Shown here: one piece after another, positions 11,598 through 24,065 of the stretch
How positions within the stretch are numbered: the first letter of the stretch is position 1
Layout of the letters: every line of letters starts with the position of its first letter
Assembly: GCF_001194135.2 (NCBI RefSeq)
Contig: NC_068983.1
Span: forward strand, 57,301,526-57,365,525
Direction of reading: 5' to 3'
Origin: Octopus bimaculoides
Lineage: Eukaryota
DNA length: 64,000 nt
Translations under genes and position numbers: made by a program
The notes under the pieces: generated by a model
What the model saw: only the letters and a program-made list of their open reading frames with translations
Database searches by the model: none
What the model was told of the DNA's origin: nothing

Positions 11598-12039
11598 ATA
11601 TTAATAGGTAGGACAAATTTCATGAAAAAATGAGCAGAGTCTGGTAGTGAAACCTTGTTGTCATTTTTGTGCATATGCATAAAATGGGGAAATTTTATGC
11701 TTTGTGGGTAGATTGCCCTAAATTGATGTTATGACAGTTAGTGTGCAAATTGCCTAAATTTTGCCTGAGAAATAAAATGCTCTTAACTAATCAAAACTTA
11801 AAACAATGAATTGAAATAAGTTTTAGCAAATCAAAACAATTTGCATTGAAAGGAATAATTAGCAAATGCTAAATAGATTACCATTAATAAGCTGTTTGTT
11901 TATACTCATGAAACATTTTTCATCAAATTTTGGCATTTTTTGTCAAATTGATGTCACGATGGCAAATGCGTAAAAAACCGAAATTTTATGATTTTTGAAA
12001 AATAGATTGCATAACTGCCCCAGTCCATTCAAAAGTACC

Positions 12040-12318
12040 TTCGATCATAGAGTGACCTGCTGTGCTTGAGAAGACCCATTCAGTCAAGTACATCAAAAAT
12101 AAAATCAAATGGAAATTGTAGTTGTGATCCCCATGCCGTTGGCACGTAAAAAGCACCCACTACATTCATGGAGTGGTTGGTGATAGGAAGGGCATCCAGC
12201 TGTAGAAACTTTGCCAGATCAGATTGGAGTCTCGTGTAGCCATCCACTTTGCCAGTCCCCAGTCAAACCGTCCAACACATGCCAGCATCGAAAGCAGACA
12301 TTAAACAATGATGATGAT
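12040..12318 (+). mobile_element. RTE LINE 3'UTR with (ATG)n tail
   Basis: Same family blocks as the 11.3 kb copy. Confidence 0.8.
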
Positions 12319-12346
12319 AATATACACAAATATATATATATATTAC

Positions 12347-12451
12347 AGTTCTATATTTAAGAGATGAGGAATTATGTACATTATTGACATTTGATTGATA
12401 TTTGCCCTCATCTTGTTTGTTTTTGACACAATGTTTCGGCTGATATACCCT
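12347..12451 (-). mobile_element. HHR family 1 tail fragment, truncated inside stem II loop
   Basis: Matches 5568-5672 (AGTTCTATATTTAAGAGATGAGG...TTTCGGCTGATATACCCT). Confidence 0.8.
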
Positions 12452-13890
12452 GGAAGGCAAGCTCATGGTACAATAGCCACAAGTACCAAAGCGTCATGTT
12501 CGTCGACACCACCCCTAGAGGCGAACTGGCGTACCGCTTTAGAAGGGCCCTAGACAAACTTAAGCTAAGAATTAAGGTTGTTGAAAGGCCAGGCAACCCT
12601 ATCAAATCCCTTATCAGTAGAACATACCCTTTCAGTAGAACCCCCTGCACTGATAGGAACTGTATCGTATGTAGATTTAGCCCACAAACGAACTGCAAAA
12701 CCAGAAATGTGGTCTATAGTATAAGATGTACAGAGGGACGATGCAGAAATAAGACAACGACATATGTAGGCGAAACAGCAAGGAGTATNNNNNNNNNNNN
12801 NNNNNNNNNNNNNNNNNNNNNNNNNNNNNNNNNNNNNNNNNNNNNNNNNNNNNNNNNNNNNNNNNNNNNNNNNNNNNNNNNNNNNNNNNNNNNNNNNNNN
12901 NNNNNNNNNNNNNNNNNNNNNNNNNNNNNNNNNNNNNNNNNNNNNNNNNNNNNNNNNNNNNNNNNNNNNNNNNNNNNNNNNNNNNNNNNNNNNNNNNNNN
13001 NNNNNNNNNNNNNNNNNNNNNNNNNNNNNNNNNNNNNNNNNNNNNNNNNNNNNNNNNNNNNNNNNNNNNNNNNNNNNNNNNNNNNNNNNNNNNNNNNNNN
13101 NNNNNNNNNNNNNNNNNNNNNNNNNNNNNNNNNNNNNNNNNNNNNNNNNNNNNNNNNNNNNNNNNNNNNNNNNNNNNNNNNNNNNNNNNNNNNNNNNNNN
13201 NNNNNNNNNNNNNNNNNNNNNNNNNNNNNNNNNNNNNNNNNNNNNNNNNNNNNNNNNNNNNNNNNNNNNNNNNNNNNNNNNNNNNNNNNNNNNNNNNNNN
13301 NNNNNNNNNNNNNNNNNNNNNNNNNNNNNNNNNNNNNNNNNNNNNNNNNNNNNNNNNNNNNNNNNNNNNNNNNNNNNNNNNNNNNNNNNNNNNNNNNNNN
13401 NNNNNNNNNNNNNNNNNNNNNNNNNNNNNNNNNNNNNNNNNNNNNNNNNNNNNNNNNNNNNNNNNNNNNNNNNNNNNNNNNNNNNNNNNNNNNNNNNNNN
13501 NNNNNNNNNNNNNNNNNNNNNNNNNNNNNNNNNNNNNNNNNNNNNNNNNNNNNNNNNNNNNNNNNNNNNNNNNNNNNNNNNNNNNNNNNNNNNNNNNNNN
13601 NNNNNNNNNNNNNNNNNNNNNNNNNNNNNNNNNNNNNNNNNNNNNNNNNNNNNNNNNNNNNNNNNNNNNNNNNNNNNNNNNNNNNNNNNNNNNNNNNNNN
13701 NNNNNNNNNNNNNNNNNNNNNNNNNNNNNNNNAGACACACATAAGAAAGAAGGAAACAAAGGACCACTGATGAGGTCACAGAAGTGTGACGAAAGAACTC
13801 TGGCCGAAATAAGATTAAGATTAAGATTAATGTAATATAAAGCTGAAAAAAAAAAACAACATCTGTTTCAACACACGATTTCACATAAAA
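12451..13890 (+). mobile_element. Penelope-like element (Neptune-type) 3' portion with GIY-YIG endonuclease, interrupted by assembly gap 12789-13732
   Basis: WYNSHKYQSVMFVDTTPRGELA...KVVERPG...CxxxxCxxC...VVYSIRCTEGRC...YVGETARS is the PLE linker plus GIY-YIG signature; an HHR follows the gap. Confidence 0.85.
13761..13805 (+). ncRNA. hammerhead ribozyme motif in PLE 3' repeat
   Basis: GGACCA / CUGAUGA / G / GUCACA-GAAG-UGUGAC / GAAA / G-AA-C-UC / UGGCC; perfect 6-bp stem II. Confidence 0.75.
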
Positions 13891-13905
13891 AATCTTGCAA
13901 AACAA

Positions 13906-13944
<39 letters not shown>

Positions 13945-13947
<3 letters not shown>

Positions 13948-14068
13948 TCACAACAGGCTTCTTTCAGTTTCTTTCAAACAAATACTTTGGACACTTGCCC
14001 AAGATGCCACGTAGGGGGACTGAACCCAGAACCAAATAGTTAGGAAGCAAGCTTCCTACTACACAGCC
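13945..14068 (-). mobile_element. SINE S1 5' part
   Basis: GGCTTCTTTCAGTTTC...GGGACTGAACCC...CTACCACACAGCC-like. Confidence 0.7.
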
Positions 14069-14397
14069 TATATTTAATTCTACACTTCGTTGCTCCATGT
14101 TAAATGAAGGGCAGTTAAAACTCTTTAAATCACATCCTATTTTCAAATATATCATCTTTGTTCTTATTATTATCACCACAACTATAATTAAATTCATCAT
14201 CAGTCTCCTTGTTTTCATTTGTTTATTGGGTTGCATATAGAAGTTTCTGAACAACAGCCATGAACATTTAACAGATTTTATTATTGCTCATAAAATCACA
14301 CTGCATTGGCCTTTTATAGATAACAAAGGCAATAATTACGGAGATGTACTTGCATAGCAAGTGACTTGATCTGAGATCATGGGCTGAAACAAAAACA

Positions 14398-14625
14398 TTT
14401 GCAGCTTGGAAGGTGTTTATAAGTCATTTAAAAACACACAAGAACCGTTAGATTTACTTCAACATTTAAATTTAATTTAAATGTGCAGCACGGAATTTTG
14501 TCAGCGAACAGGCTGCGATTTCAAAGCGACGAAAATATTTTGACAAATTAAATTTAAATGTTGAAGTGAATCTAAGGGTTTTTTTGTGTTTTTAAATGGC
14601 TTATGAACACCTTCTATGCTGCAAG
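14398..14625. repeat. inverted repeat with about 80-bp arms (MITE-like)
   Basis: TTGCAGC...GAAGGTGTTTATAAGTCATTTAAAAACAC...AACATTTAAATTTAATT mirrored at about 14546-14625. Confidence 0.8.
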
Positions 14626-14949
14626 GGCAATAATTACAAACTGGGAAAGAGATACTGCTTGGAGTTTCTGACAAACGGCTGATACAGCAACATGTGGCCA
14701 GCTGTTCTATATTCATGGTGTCAGAGGTTCTTGGTCATTTGTCTGAGCCATCTGTGTGGGCTGTCTGATGGGGCAAGAATGGAGTCACATAACGCTCAGC
14801 TGCTTCAACATTCTGCAACTAATTACTGCCAGNNNNNNNNNNNNNNNNNNNNNNNNNNNNNNNNNNNNNNNNNNNNNNNNNNNNNNNNNNNNNNNNNNNN
14901 NNNNNNNNNNNNNNNNNNNNNNNATATATACATATATACACACATATAT

Positions 14950-14989
<40 letters not shown>

Positions 14990-16200
14990 TAGATATTAGT
15001 AAATTAATCTTTGGTGTTGATTACAGAATCATTTCCTCTTCATGAGGATGATGATGATAACGATGATGATAACGATGATGATGATGATCTCAGATAACTT
15101 TTTGATCATTCTAATTAATTTTCAGGATAATCATCATCATTTGCTTTAATCACCTTCATCCCCCTCCCTTTCCTTTCCCCCTCATCCTTATCCTCCGTCA
15201 TCATCATAAACCTCCTTAGCAACAACCTGGGCTCGTTTTACACATATCTTCAATTGATGAAATAAGTCTCTACACAAAATCAATTTCAACAGAAAGATGA
15301 TATGTGACTCCTGAATCTTGGTAATTAACATGAAAGTGTTTTGGGGGTTTTGTTTAAGATTAATATTTATTCCTTATATCAGTTGTTGTATATTAATAAA
15401 ATGAAAACTTTATAGCATGATAAATATTAAATTTCTTGACAAATTTATGTAGAAAGTGTAATTTTGTTTTAATTATTTTTAATCGCTTTTTTTTTTTTGT
15501 ATTTGATTTTCCTTTCAGTTTGAAATTTCATGATAAAATTGAAGTGTTTTCCATAAATTCAATTGAAAAAGGAAAATAATCCAAAATTCAAAATAGAAAG
15601 AAAAACTTAAATTCTAATTCAATAAGAAATTGTAATTTTGTTATCAACTGAGATTTGAATTTCAATGTTTATTGAATTCTGGAAATAAATGACAAAATAA
15701 TGACCAACAAAAATTTTCAATCAAAAATTTGTTTCCCTTGTGATAAGTATTCTTGTATCAATAACCAAAATTAACATATTACACAGCATAGATTTTTCAA
15801 ATTTCTATTTTCTTCATGTATATCAATATCAAGGAAAATTCATAAACAGAAGCAAAAAAAAAAAAAAAAAATCTCAGGACCATATTTATAAATGAGGAAA
15901 ATCAGGAGCCGAATCTGGATGTCAGAATGGCAAGTACTGGCACAATGATGTGCTCAATCCAGCATTTGATGCCCAGAAGAGGAGAAATTGGTAAAAATAA
16001 AAAAGCCAAACTTGCTATCTTCAGTTGAGTTTGGATGTCTATTTCCATGTATAGTCATCAATGTGGGGCAGGCTTTCTCAACCTTTTTATCCTTGCGTAA
16101 CCCTTAAAATAAATTACATGTCTCAAGGAACCCCTGCACAAAAAATAATTATATACCATATCTTTCTCATATCTATCATCATAGAGCATGTGGTAAATAT

Positions 16201-16240
<40 letters not shown>

Positions 16241-16338
16241 NNNNNNNNNNNNNNNNNNNNNNNNNNNNNNNNNNNNNNNNNNNNNNNNNNNNNNNNNNNN
16301 NNNNNNNNNNNNNNNNNNNNNNNNNNNNNNNNNNNNNN

Positions 16339-16381
<43 letters not shown>

Positions 16382-16485
16382 TCCATAAATTACAGACATC
16401 ATGAAATATATCCCCAATGGTTGTTATATATTTTTGTATAACATAATAGGTTAGATAGGATAATGTCTATGTTACACTTTTTTTA

Positions 16486-16921
16486 TTTCTTTTGATACCA
16501 ACCCAGCTGAAACTGCCTCTTGCTCTGTAATACAAATGTCTTGTTTTCATAAGTTTGGAATTAAAATCTTCCACCAAAACCTTAGTCACAATTTATGTTC
16601 CTAACACTAGCTTAATGATAACCAAGTTATTTTACTAAAATCTTTGTTATATTTAAAATTAATTGAAAGAAACACAGAGCATCTCAACAGAAATATGGCA
16701 ACAAAAGGGTTAAAGTCACCATGATATTTTTAACTCTTTTGTTACTAACTGAACTGAAACCGCCCCTGTCTGTGTAGTAGAAATCTCGTTTTCATAAGTT
16801 TTGAATTAAAATCTTCCACCAAACTTTAGTCACAATTTTATGTTCCTAACACTAGCTTAATAATAACTAAGTAATTGAACGAAACACAAAATATCTCAAA
16901 ATACAGTAACGAAAGGGTTAA
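16486..16921. mobile_element. two tandem MITEs with TTAA-CCCTTT-type ends (piggyBac-like); partial third copy at 10115-10250
   Basis: Second copy TTAA(16730)CTCTTTTGTTACT...AGTAACGAAAGGG-TTAA(16921); first copy ends AAAAGGGTTAA at 16713. Confidence 0.65.
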
Positions 16922-16999
16922 GCTGACCTAACTATAAAGAGGCCTAAGGGTAAACCAAAAATGAAATGGTCGGATAAGATACATAGTTTCAGTTGGTTG

Positions 17000-17345
17000 A
17001 TTTTTAACATGCCAGTGGCAAGTTCAAAACACCCAGATGATGTAAAGTGGTTGGTGTCGGCAAGGGCATCTGGCTGTAAAGACCATTTCAAAGCAGACAC
17101 TGGAGTATGTGGCTGGAAACGCAAACGTTTATCCACACAGCTACACTTGTACCTCTTTTACAAATCTCATATCAACCTTAAAAGTGGTGTCACAAAAAAA
17201 GCACCCAGTGCAGATTATAAACTGGTTGGTGTTAAGAGGGGCATCCAGCTGTAGAAACCATGCTAAAGCAGACACTTGGAGCTTGATGCTATTTTGTGGT
17301 TCACTATTTTGTGGTTCTATGCCAGCATAGAAAAACAGATATTAA
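17000..17345 (+). mobile_element. RTE LINE 3'UTR-like fragments
   Basis: GGTTGGTGTTAAGAGGGGCATCCAGCTGTAGAAACC block present twice in degenerate form. Confidence 0.6.
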
Positions 17346-17800
17346 CTGTTGATGATGATGATCACGTTGATGATGGTGTTAATGATGATGACGGTGTTAA
17401 TGATGATGATGATTAAAATGATGAAGATGATGAAGATGATGATTATGATAAATAATGATGAAGATGATGATAATGATGGTGGTGATGATGATGACAAAGA
17501 TGATGACACTGTTGGTGGTTGTTTTGGCATTGGTGGTGGTGGCAGCAGCGGCATTGATGATGGTGGTAGTGGTGGTGGTGATGAAGATAAGGATGATGGT
17601 GATGGTGGGACATTAATGATAATGTTGGTGGTGAAGATTATGATGATGATGATGGTGGTGGTGATGAAGCTGGTGATGGTGGTGGCATTAATGATGATGG
17701 TGGTGGTGGTGAAGATAATGATGATCGTGGTGATGGCGGTGGCAGTGATGATGATGATGATCATCATCATCATCACCATCACCATCATGATCCTGATGAT
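17345..17800. repeat. (GAT/GGT)n tract switching to (CAT)n
   Basis: Direct reading. Confidence 0.95.
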
Positions 17801-18249
17801 TTCTTTGCTTCAGTTAGAAGCAATGTAATTTTCATAACCTAAATATTTAAAGAAAACAGATTATTTATTGCTAGAACTAAAGGAAACATTTCATTTCTTT
17901 TTAATTTTTAAAAAATTCTTTTCTTCTAATAACTCCATGTTTCTTTTCTGCTCAGATTTTTAATTATCTCAAATCCATCACAAGCATTATATTTCTTAAG
18001 TCCCTCCATCTAACTCAATAATACCTAATCCAGATAATGGCTTTGAAATGAATACTGAAGATGTATTCGAATATTTAGTTGTCATAAAACTAATTCAAAG
18101 TTATTAAATTCTCACAAACATTGCGTTTTATTTTTATTTCAAGTTCTCAATTATCTAAGTAAAAACGAGAAGTTAATTGTTAAATTATTGAATAGTTCAT
18201 TAAATGCTTGAACGAGAATATCTTGTAACATTTGCAATTAAAATGGTAT

Positions 18250-18690
18250 TGAGACATTTGCTTCCCAACTACACGGTTCTGGGTTCAGTCCCACGGCATG
18301 GCACCTTGGACAAGTGTCTTCTACTACTACAGCCTTATGCAGATGGACAGTGTTCAGTGGATTTTGTAGACGGAAACTGACAGAAGCCCATCATGTGTGT
18401 GAAAATTCTTCAAATGAATAGAATGGATTTGGTTGGTGGAAATTGAAAGAAGCCCATTGTACACATATATATGTGTGTGTGTGCATGTTTGTGTGTCTGC
18501 GTTTGTCCTCCCACCATCTCTTGACAGGTGTTGGTGTGTGTTTATGTCCTTGTAACCTAGCAGTTCAGCAAAAGGGACTGATAGAATAAGTACCAGGCTT
18601 ACAAAAAATAAGTCCTGGAGTCGATTTGTTCGACTAAAGGTGGTGCTCCAGCATGGCCACAGGTCAAATGACTGAAACAAATAAAAGAAT
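18250..18690 (+). mobile_element. SINE S1
   Basis: Body and 3' end match S1. Confidence 0.8.
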
Positions 18691-18919
18691 AAAATATACA
18701 TTACATTTGACAAAGTTATCTAAATACTACATGTTTAAAGCAATAACGATGATGATGATGACAAAAATGATGATGACAGAGGAATGATGAGGATGATGAT
18801 GATGAATGTTGAATATGTTACCTGCAAAACTGGTTTTAGCGCCAACATTATGTGGTGAATTGTATAACATCACATTCTACTTTCTAATGATTCCTCATTT
18901 CACTTTCACCAATTTTTAG

Positions 18920-19062
18920 GATGTCCACCATTAGTTGCTGTCATTGAGTACTTTAATGGCAATGTCTTCGTATCAGAGCCTTGTTATAGGACCCTATAAT
19001 AACCTGCAGCCATACTGAAAGGAATGCTATTTGATTTCTTGAAGTGTTTGTATGATTTAAAG
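18920..19062 (+). CDS. candidate internal exon (phase 1 to 0: CPPLVAVIEYFNGNVFVSEPCYRDPIITCSHTEGMLFDFLKCLYDLK)
   Basis: Long polypyrimidine acceptor ...TTTCACTTTCACCAATTTTTAG| and donor AAG|GTTAGA; 143 nt open in one frame only; unique sequence. Confidence 0.5.
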
Positions 19063-19237
19063 GTTAGATTAACAGTGGAACCTAAAGAAAGATTGCCATT
19101 GTAATGTCGGCTTCAATTGTCAGAATAATTCTAGCAGAATTATTAAATATGATTCATTTCCTGAGGGTAATAGATGTGTGATTATTGGGACTAATTGAAA
19201 ATGTGAGCCGATCATCCATGTGCAGACTTACAAAGGT

Positions 19238-19380
19238 TAGAAAGCTTGCTTCTCTACTACATGGTTCCGGGTTCATTCCCACTGTGTGGCACCTTGGGCG
19301 AGTGTCTTCTACTATAGCCTCAGGCTGACCAAAGCCATGTGAGTGGATTTGGTAGACGGAAACTGAAAGAGTCCTGTCGT
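19238..19380 (+). mobile_element. SINE S1 5' half running into gap
   Basis: CATGGTTCCGGGTTCATTCCCACTGTGTGGCACCTTGGGC. Confidence 0.8.
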
Positions 19381-19894
19381 ATATATATATATATATATAT
19401 ATNNNNNNNNNNNNNNNNNNNNNNNNNNNNNNNNNNNNNNNNNNNNNNNNNNNNNNNNNNNNNNNNNNNNNNNNNNNNNNNNNNNNNNNNNNNNNNNNNN
19501 NNNNNNNNNNNNNNNNNNNNNNNNNNNNNNNNNNNNNNNNNNNNNNNNNNNNNNNNNNNNNNNNNNNNNNNNNNNNNNNNNNNNNNNNNNNNNNNNNNNN
19601 NNNNNNNNNNNNNNNNNNNNNNNNNNNNNNNNNNNNNNNNNNNNNNNNNNNNNNNNNNNNNNNNNNNNNNNNNNNNNNNNNNNNNNNNNNNNNNNNNNNN
19701 NNNNNNNNNNNNNNNNNNNNNNNNNNNNNNNNNNNNNNNNNNNNNNNNNNNNNNNNNNNNNNNNNNNNNNNNNNNNNNNNNNNNNNNNNNNNNNNNNNNN
19801 NNNNNNNNNNNNNNNNNNNNNNNNNNNNNNNNNNNNNNNNNNNNNNNNNNNNNNNNNATATATATATATATATATACATTTATATACACACGCA

Positions 19895-19931
<37 letters not shown>

Positions 19932-21109
19932 TCCTGCATGTTTTTGTGCATGCATGTGTTGTTTTGACATCATGTGCTGGTTGTAAATGAACATCACCCT
20001 CACACAAGCGATGTTGTTTCTGTTCCACCCTCGCATGAAAAGAACGTCAGCCACAGGGAAATATTACCCAACTTGGAGAAATGAGGAGACGAGAGAAAGA
20101 TAGATATTTAGCTGTAGAGGATCTGCCGCAACAAGTTCTGTCTGACCTATGCAAATGTCGAAAAGGAGGCATTAAATGATGATGATGATGATGATTAAAA
20201 GAATGATATGAGTGTTTGCATATGTGTGTATGTGTTTGTGTAAATGTACATGCATATATGTATGACCACCACCACCACACGACCGATCAGGGTATCTAAT
20301 GCTGCTACACATTGATGGTCACAATGGGCTTTTGCATATATACATGTATGTATGTGTGTATATATATATGTATGTAAATATATATATNNNNNNNNNNNNN
20401 NNNNNNNNNNNNNNNNNNNNNNNNNNNNNNNNNNNNNNNNNNNNNNNNNNNNNNNNNNNNNNNNNNNNNNNNNNNNNNNNNNNNNNNNNNNNNNNNNNNN
20501 NNNNNNNNNNNNNNNNNNNNNNNNNNNNNNNNNNNNNNNNNNNNNNNNNNNNNNNNNNNNNNNNNNNNNNNNNNNNNNNNNNNNNNNNNNNNNNNNNNNN
20601 NNNNNNNNNNNNNNNNNNNNNNNNNNNNNNNNNNNNNNNNNNNNNNNNNNNNNNNNNNNNNNNNNNNNNNNNNNNNNNNNNNNNNNNNNNNNNNNNNNNN
20701 NNNNNNNNNNNNNNNNNNNNNNNNNNNNNNNNNNNNNNNNNNNNNNNNNNNNNNNNNNNNNNNNNNNNNNNNNNNNNNNNNNNNNNNNNNNNNNNNNNNN
20801 NNNNNNNNNNNNNNNNNNNNNNNNNNNNNNNNNNNNNNNNNNNNNNNNNNNNNNNNNNNNNNNNNNNNNNNNNNNNNNNNNNNNNNNNNNNNNNNNNNNN
20901 NNNNNNNNNNNNNNNNNNNNNNNNNNNNNNNNNNNNNNNNNNNNNNNNNNNNNNNNNNNNNNNNNNNNNNNNNNNNNNNNNNNNNNNNNNNNNNNNNNNN
21001 NNNNNNNNNNNNNNNNNNNNNNNNTATATATACATACATACATATATATCCCACCTCTCAACACCATCACACCACACCATCACACCACACACCACTACAC
21101 CATACATCA

Positions 21110-21650
21110 GCATACCACACAGCACATCACATCACATCACCACGCACACACTAGCACTGACCACTTTCCAGCCCCACATCTTCACACCTACACATACACA
21201 CACACACACAAACACACATCAAGGTCACCAAGCCTCTTCCACATGAACATACATGCTCTCTTACACACACGCACGCGCACCTTCGTTTTGTGGATCACTC
21301 CTACTTTATTATCTCCCCTTCTTCCTAGCTCTCCTACGCTCTTCCACAGAAAGAAACACAGTAAGAAACAAGGAGAGAAAATAAAGAATGTGTAGTGGCT
21401 AGCGATCTATCATGGCAAATGCTGGGTAGAAGGGTCACACAGGAGAGCTAGGAAGAAGGGGAGATAATAAACAGTGGTGATCTCAAAACGAAGGTGCACG
21501 TACGTGTGTATAAGAGAGCATGTATATGCACGTGGAAGCACACTGGTAACCTTGACTGTGTATGTGTGTGGATGATGGTGTGGGGCTGGGAAGTGGTCAA
21601 TGCTAGTGTGTGCATGGTGGTGTGATGTGATGCGGTGGTGTTGGGATGTG
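21110..21650. repeat. diverged inverted repeat (about 200-bp arms) with a 108-bp spacer holding an HHR family 2 fragment
   Basis: Arms meet at CCTAGCTCTCC (ends 21334) and GGAGAGCTAGG (starts 21442); 21333-21427 matches the reverse complement of about 43370-43462. Confidence 0.8.
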
Positions 21651-22761
21651 GGGTAGGTGAGAGTGGTGAAAGCAAGAGTAGGGTGTGGGTTAGGCTGACG
21701 GTGGGAATAGAGAAGGGGTATGTGGGATGAGGTGTGGTGGGATGGATAGGGAAGGTGGGGCTGGATTGTGCAAGGGTGGGGTTACGAGGAAGGGGGTGAC
21801 GATGAAGGGAGAGATGAAAGGGAGAAGGTGGGTAGGAGTGAAGAGAAGAGAGAAGGAGAGTAGGAGTGAAGAGAAGAAGTAGGAGTTGGAGCAAGAGAGG
21901 AGAGGTGGGTGAGAGGCAGTAGGTGGGAGAGAGATGAATTTTCACAACTTATTGTAGCTAATTTTAATCTGGCCACTCTATTTAAGCATCTATGATATTG
22001 TGTGTGTGTGTGCGTGTACAAAAAGAGATGAGAGGGCAGAGAGAGTGAAGTGAAGTAGAAATGGATATATTTGTTTTCCATTGATAATGTCACAGGTTTT
22101 ATTTTAAACTTGGGACTNNNNNNNNNNNNNNNNNNNNNNNNNNNNNNNNNNNNNNNNNNNNNNNNNNNNNNNNNNNNNNNNNNNNNNNNNNNNNNNNNNN
22201 NNNNNNNNNNNNNNNNNNNNNNNNNNNNNNNNNNNNNNNNNNNNNNNNNNNNNNNNNNNNNNNNNNNNNNNNNNNNNNNNNNNNNNNNNNNNNNNNNNNN
22301 NNNNNNNNNNNNNNNNNNNNNNNNNNNNNNNNNNNNNNNNNNNNNNNNNNNNNNNNNNNNNNNNNNNNNNNNNNNNNNNNNNNNNNNNNNNNNNNNNNNN
22401 NNNNNNNNNNNNNNNNNNNNNNNNNNNNNNNNNNNNNNNNNNNNNNNNNNNNNNNNNNNNNNNNNNNNNNNNNNNNNNNNNNNNNNNNNNNNNNNNNNNN
22501 NNNNNNNNNNNNNNNNNNNNNNNNNNNNNNNNNNNNNNNNNNNNNNNNNNNNNNNNNNNNNNNNNNNNNNNNNNNNNNNNNNNNNNNNNNNNNNNNNNNN
22601 NNNNNNNNNNNNNNNNNNNNNNNNNNNNNNNNNNNNNNNNNNNNNNNNNNNNNNNNNNNNNNNNNNNNNNNNNNNNNNNNNNNNNNNNNNNNNNNNNNNN
22701 NNNNNNNNNNNNNNNNNNNNNNNNNNNNNNNNNNNNNNNNNNNNNNNNNNNNNNNNNNNNN

Positions 22762-22836
<75 letters not shown>

Positions 22837-22966
22837 ATTCCGAAGATGTTTAATGTCTATAATAAGAGATAATGTGAATTCTTTAATTTCATGAAAGACT
22901 AGTAACAACCGATACTAATCAGCCCTTAAAATAATATTGAATTTTAACATTAGTACATGGTTTGAA

Positions 22967-22969
<3 letters not shown>

Positions 22970-23038
<69 letters not shown>

Positions 23039-23980
23039 CATTATTATTAATATGACAAGATGGCAGAATTGTTAGCATGCTGGGTGAAATACTTCGTGGT
23101 ATATCATCTGTAACTATGTTCCGAGTTCAAATTCTGTTGAGGTTGACTTTGCCTTTCATCCTTTCGAGGTCGATTAAATAAGTACCAGCTAAACACTGGG
23201 GTAAATGTAATCAACTCTTCCCCTCCACTCGAAAAATTGTTGCCCTTATGGCAAAATTTTAAACTATTATTATTATTACATAGGCGTGGGAGTGGCTATG
23301 TGGTAAGTAGCTTGCTTACCAACCACATGGTTCTGGGTTCAGTCCCACTGCGTGGCACCTTGGGCAAGTGTCTTCTACTATAGCCTCGGGCCGACCAAAC
23401 CCTTGTGAGTGGATTTGCTAGACGGAAACTAAAAGAAGCCCGTCGTATATATATTTATATATGTATATGTACGTATATGTTTGTGTGTTTGTCCCTCCAA
23501 CATCGCTTGACAACCGATGCTCGTGTGTTTACGTCCCCGTAACTTAGCGGTTCGGCAAAAGTGACCGATAGAATAAGTACTAGGCTTCCAAAAGAATAAG
23601 TCCTGGGGTCGATTTGCTCGACTAAAGGCGGTGCTCCAGCATGGCCACAGTCAAATGACTGAAACAAGTAAGAGAGAGAGTAAGAGAGTATTATTACTAT
23701 TATTAAGATGATGAGCTGCCAGAATTGTTAGCACCCTGGGCGAGATTCTTAGCGGTGTTTCGTTGGTCACTACATTCTGTGTTCAAATTCTGCCAAGGTT
23801 GACTTTCCCTTTAATCCTTTCGGGCGTCGATAAATTAAGTACCAGTGGATAAATTAAGTACCAGGTCAATGTGATTAACCGTCCCTCTCCCCACAAAATT
23901 TCAGGCCTTGTGCCTATAGTAGAAAGTATTATTATTATTACTATTGTTATTATTACTATTATTATTGTTACTACTACTAC

Positions 23981-24065
<85 letters not shown>

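Noticed and set aside
15878-15990. Exon candidate ending at ATTG|GTAAAA
   Set aside because: Acceptor is preceded by poly-A rather than polypyrimidine, and the frame is ambiguous.
18830-19240. Cadherin-like reading on the minus strand (YSMTATNGGHP)
   Set aside because: Multiple stops, no DxNDN or LDRE motifs, and the plus-strand exon explains the region better.
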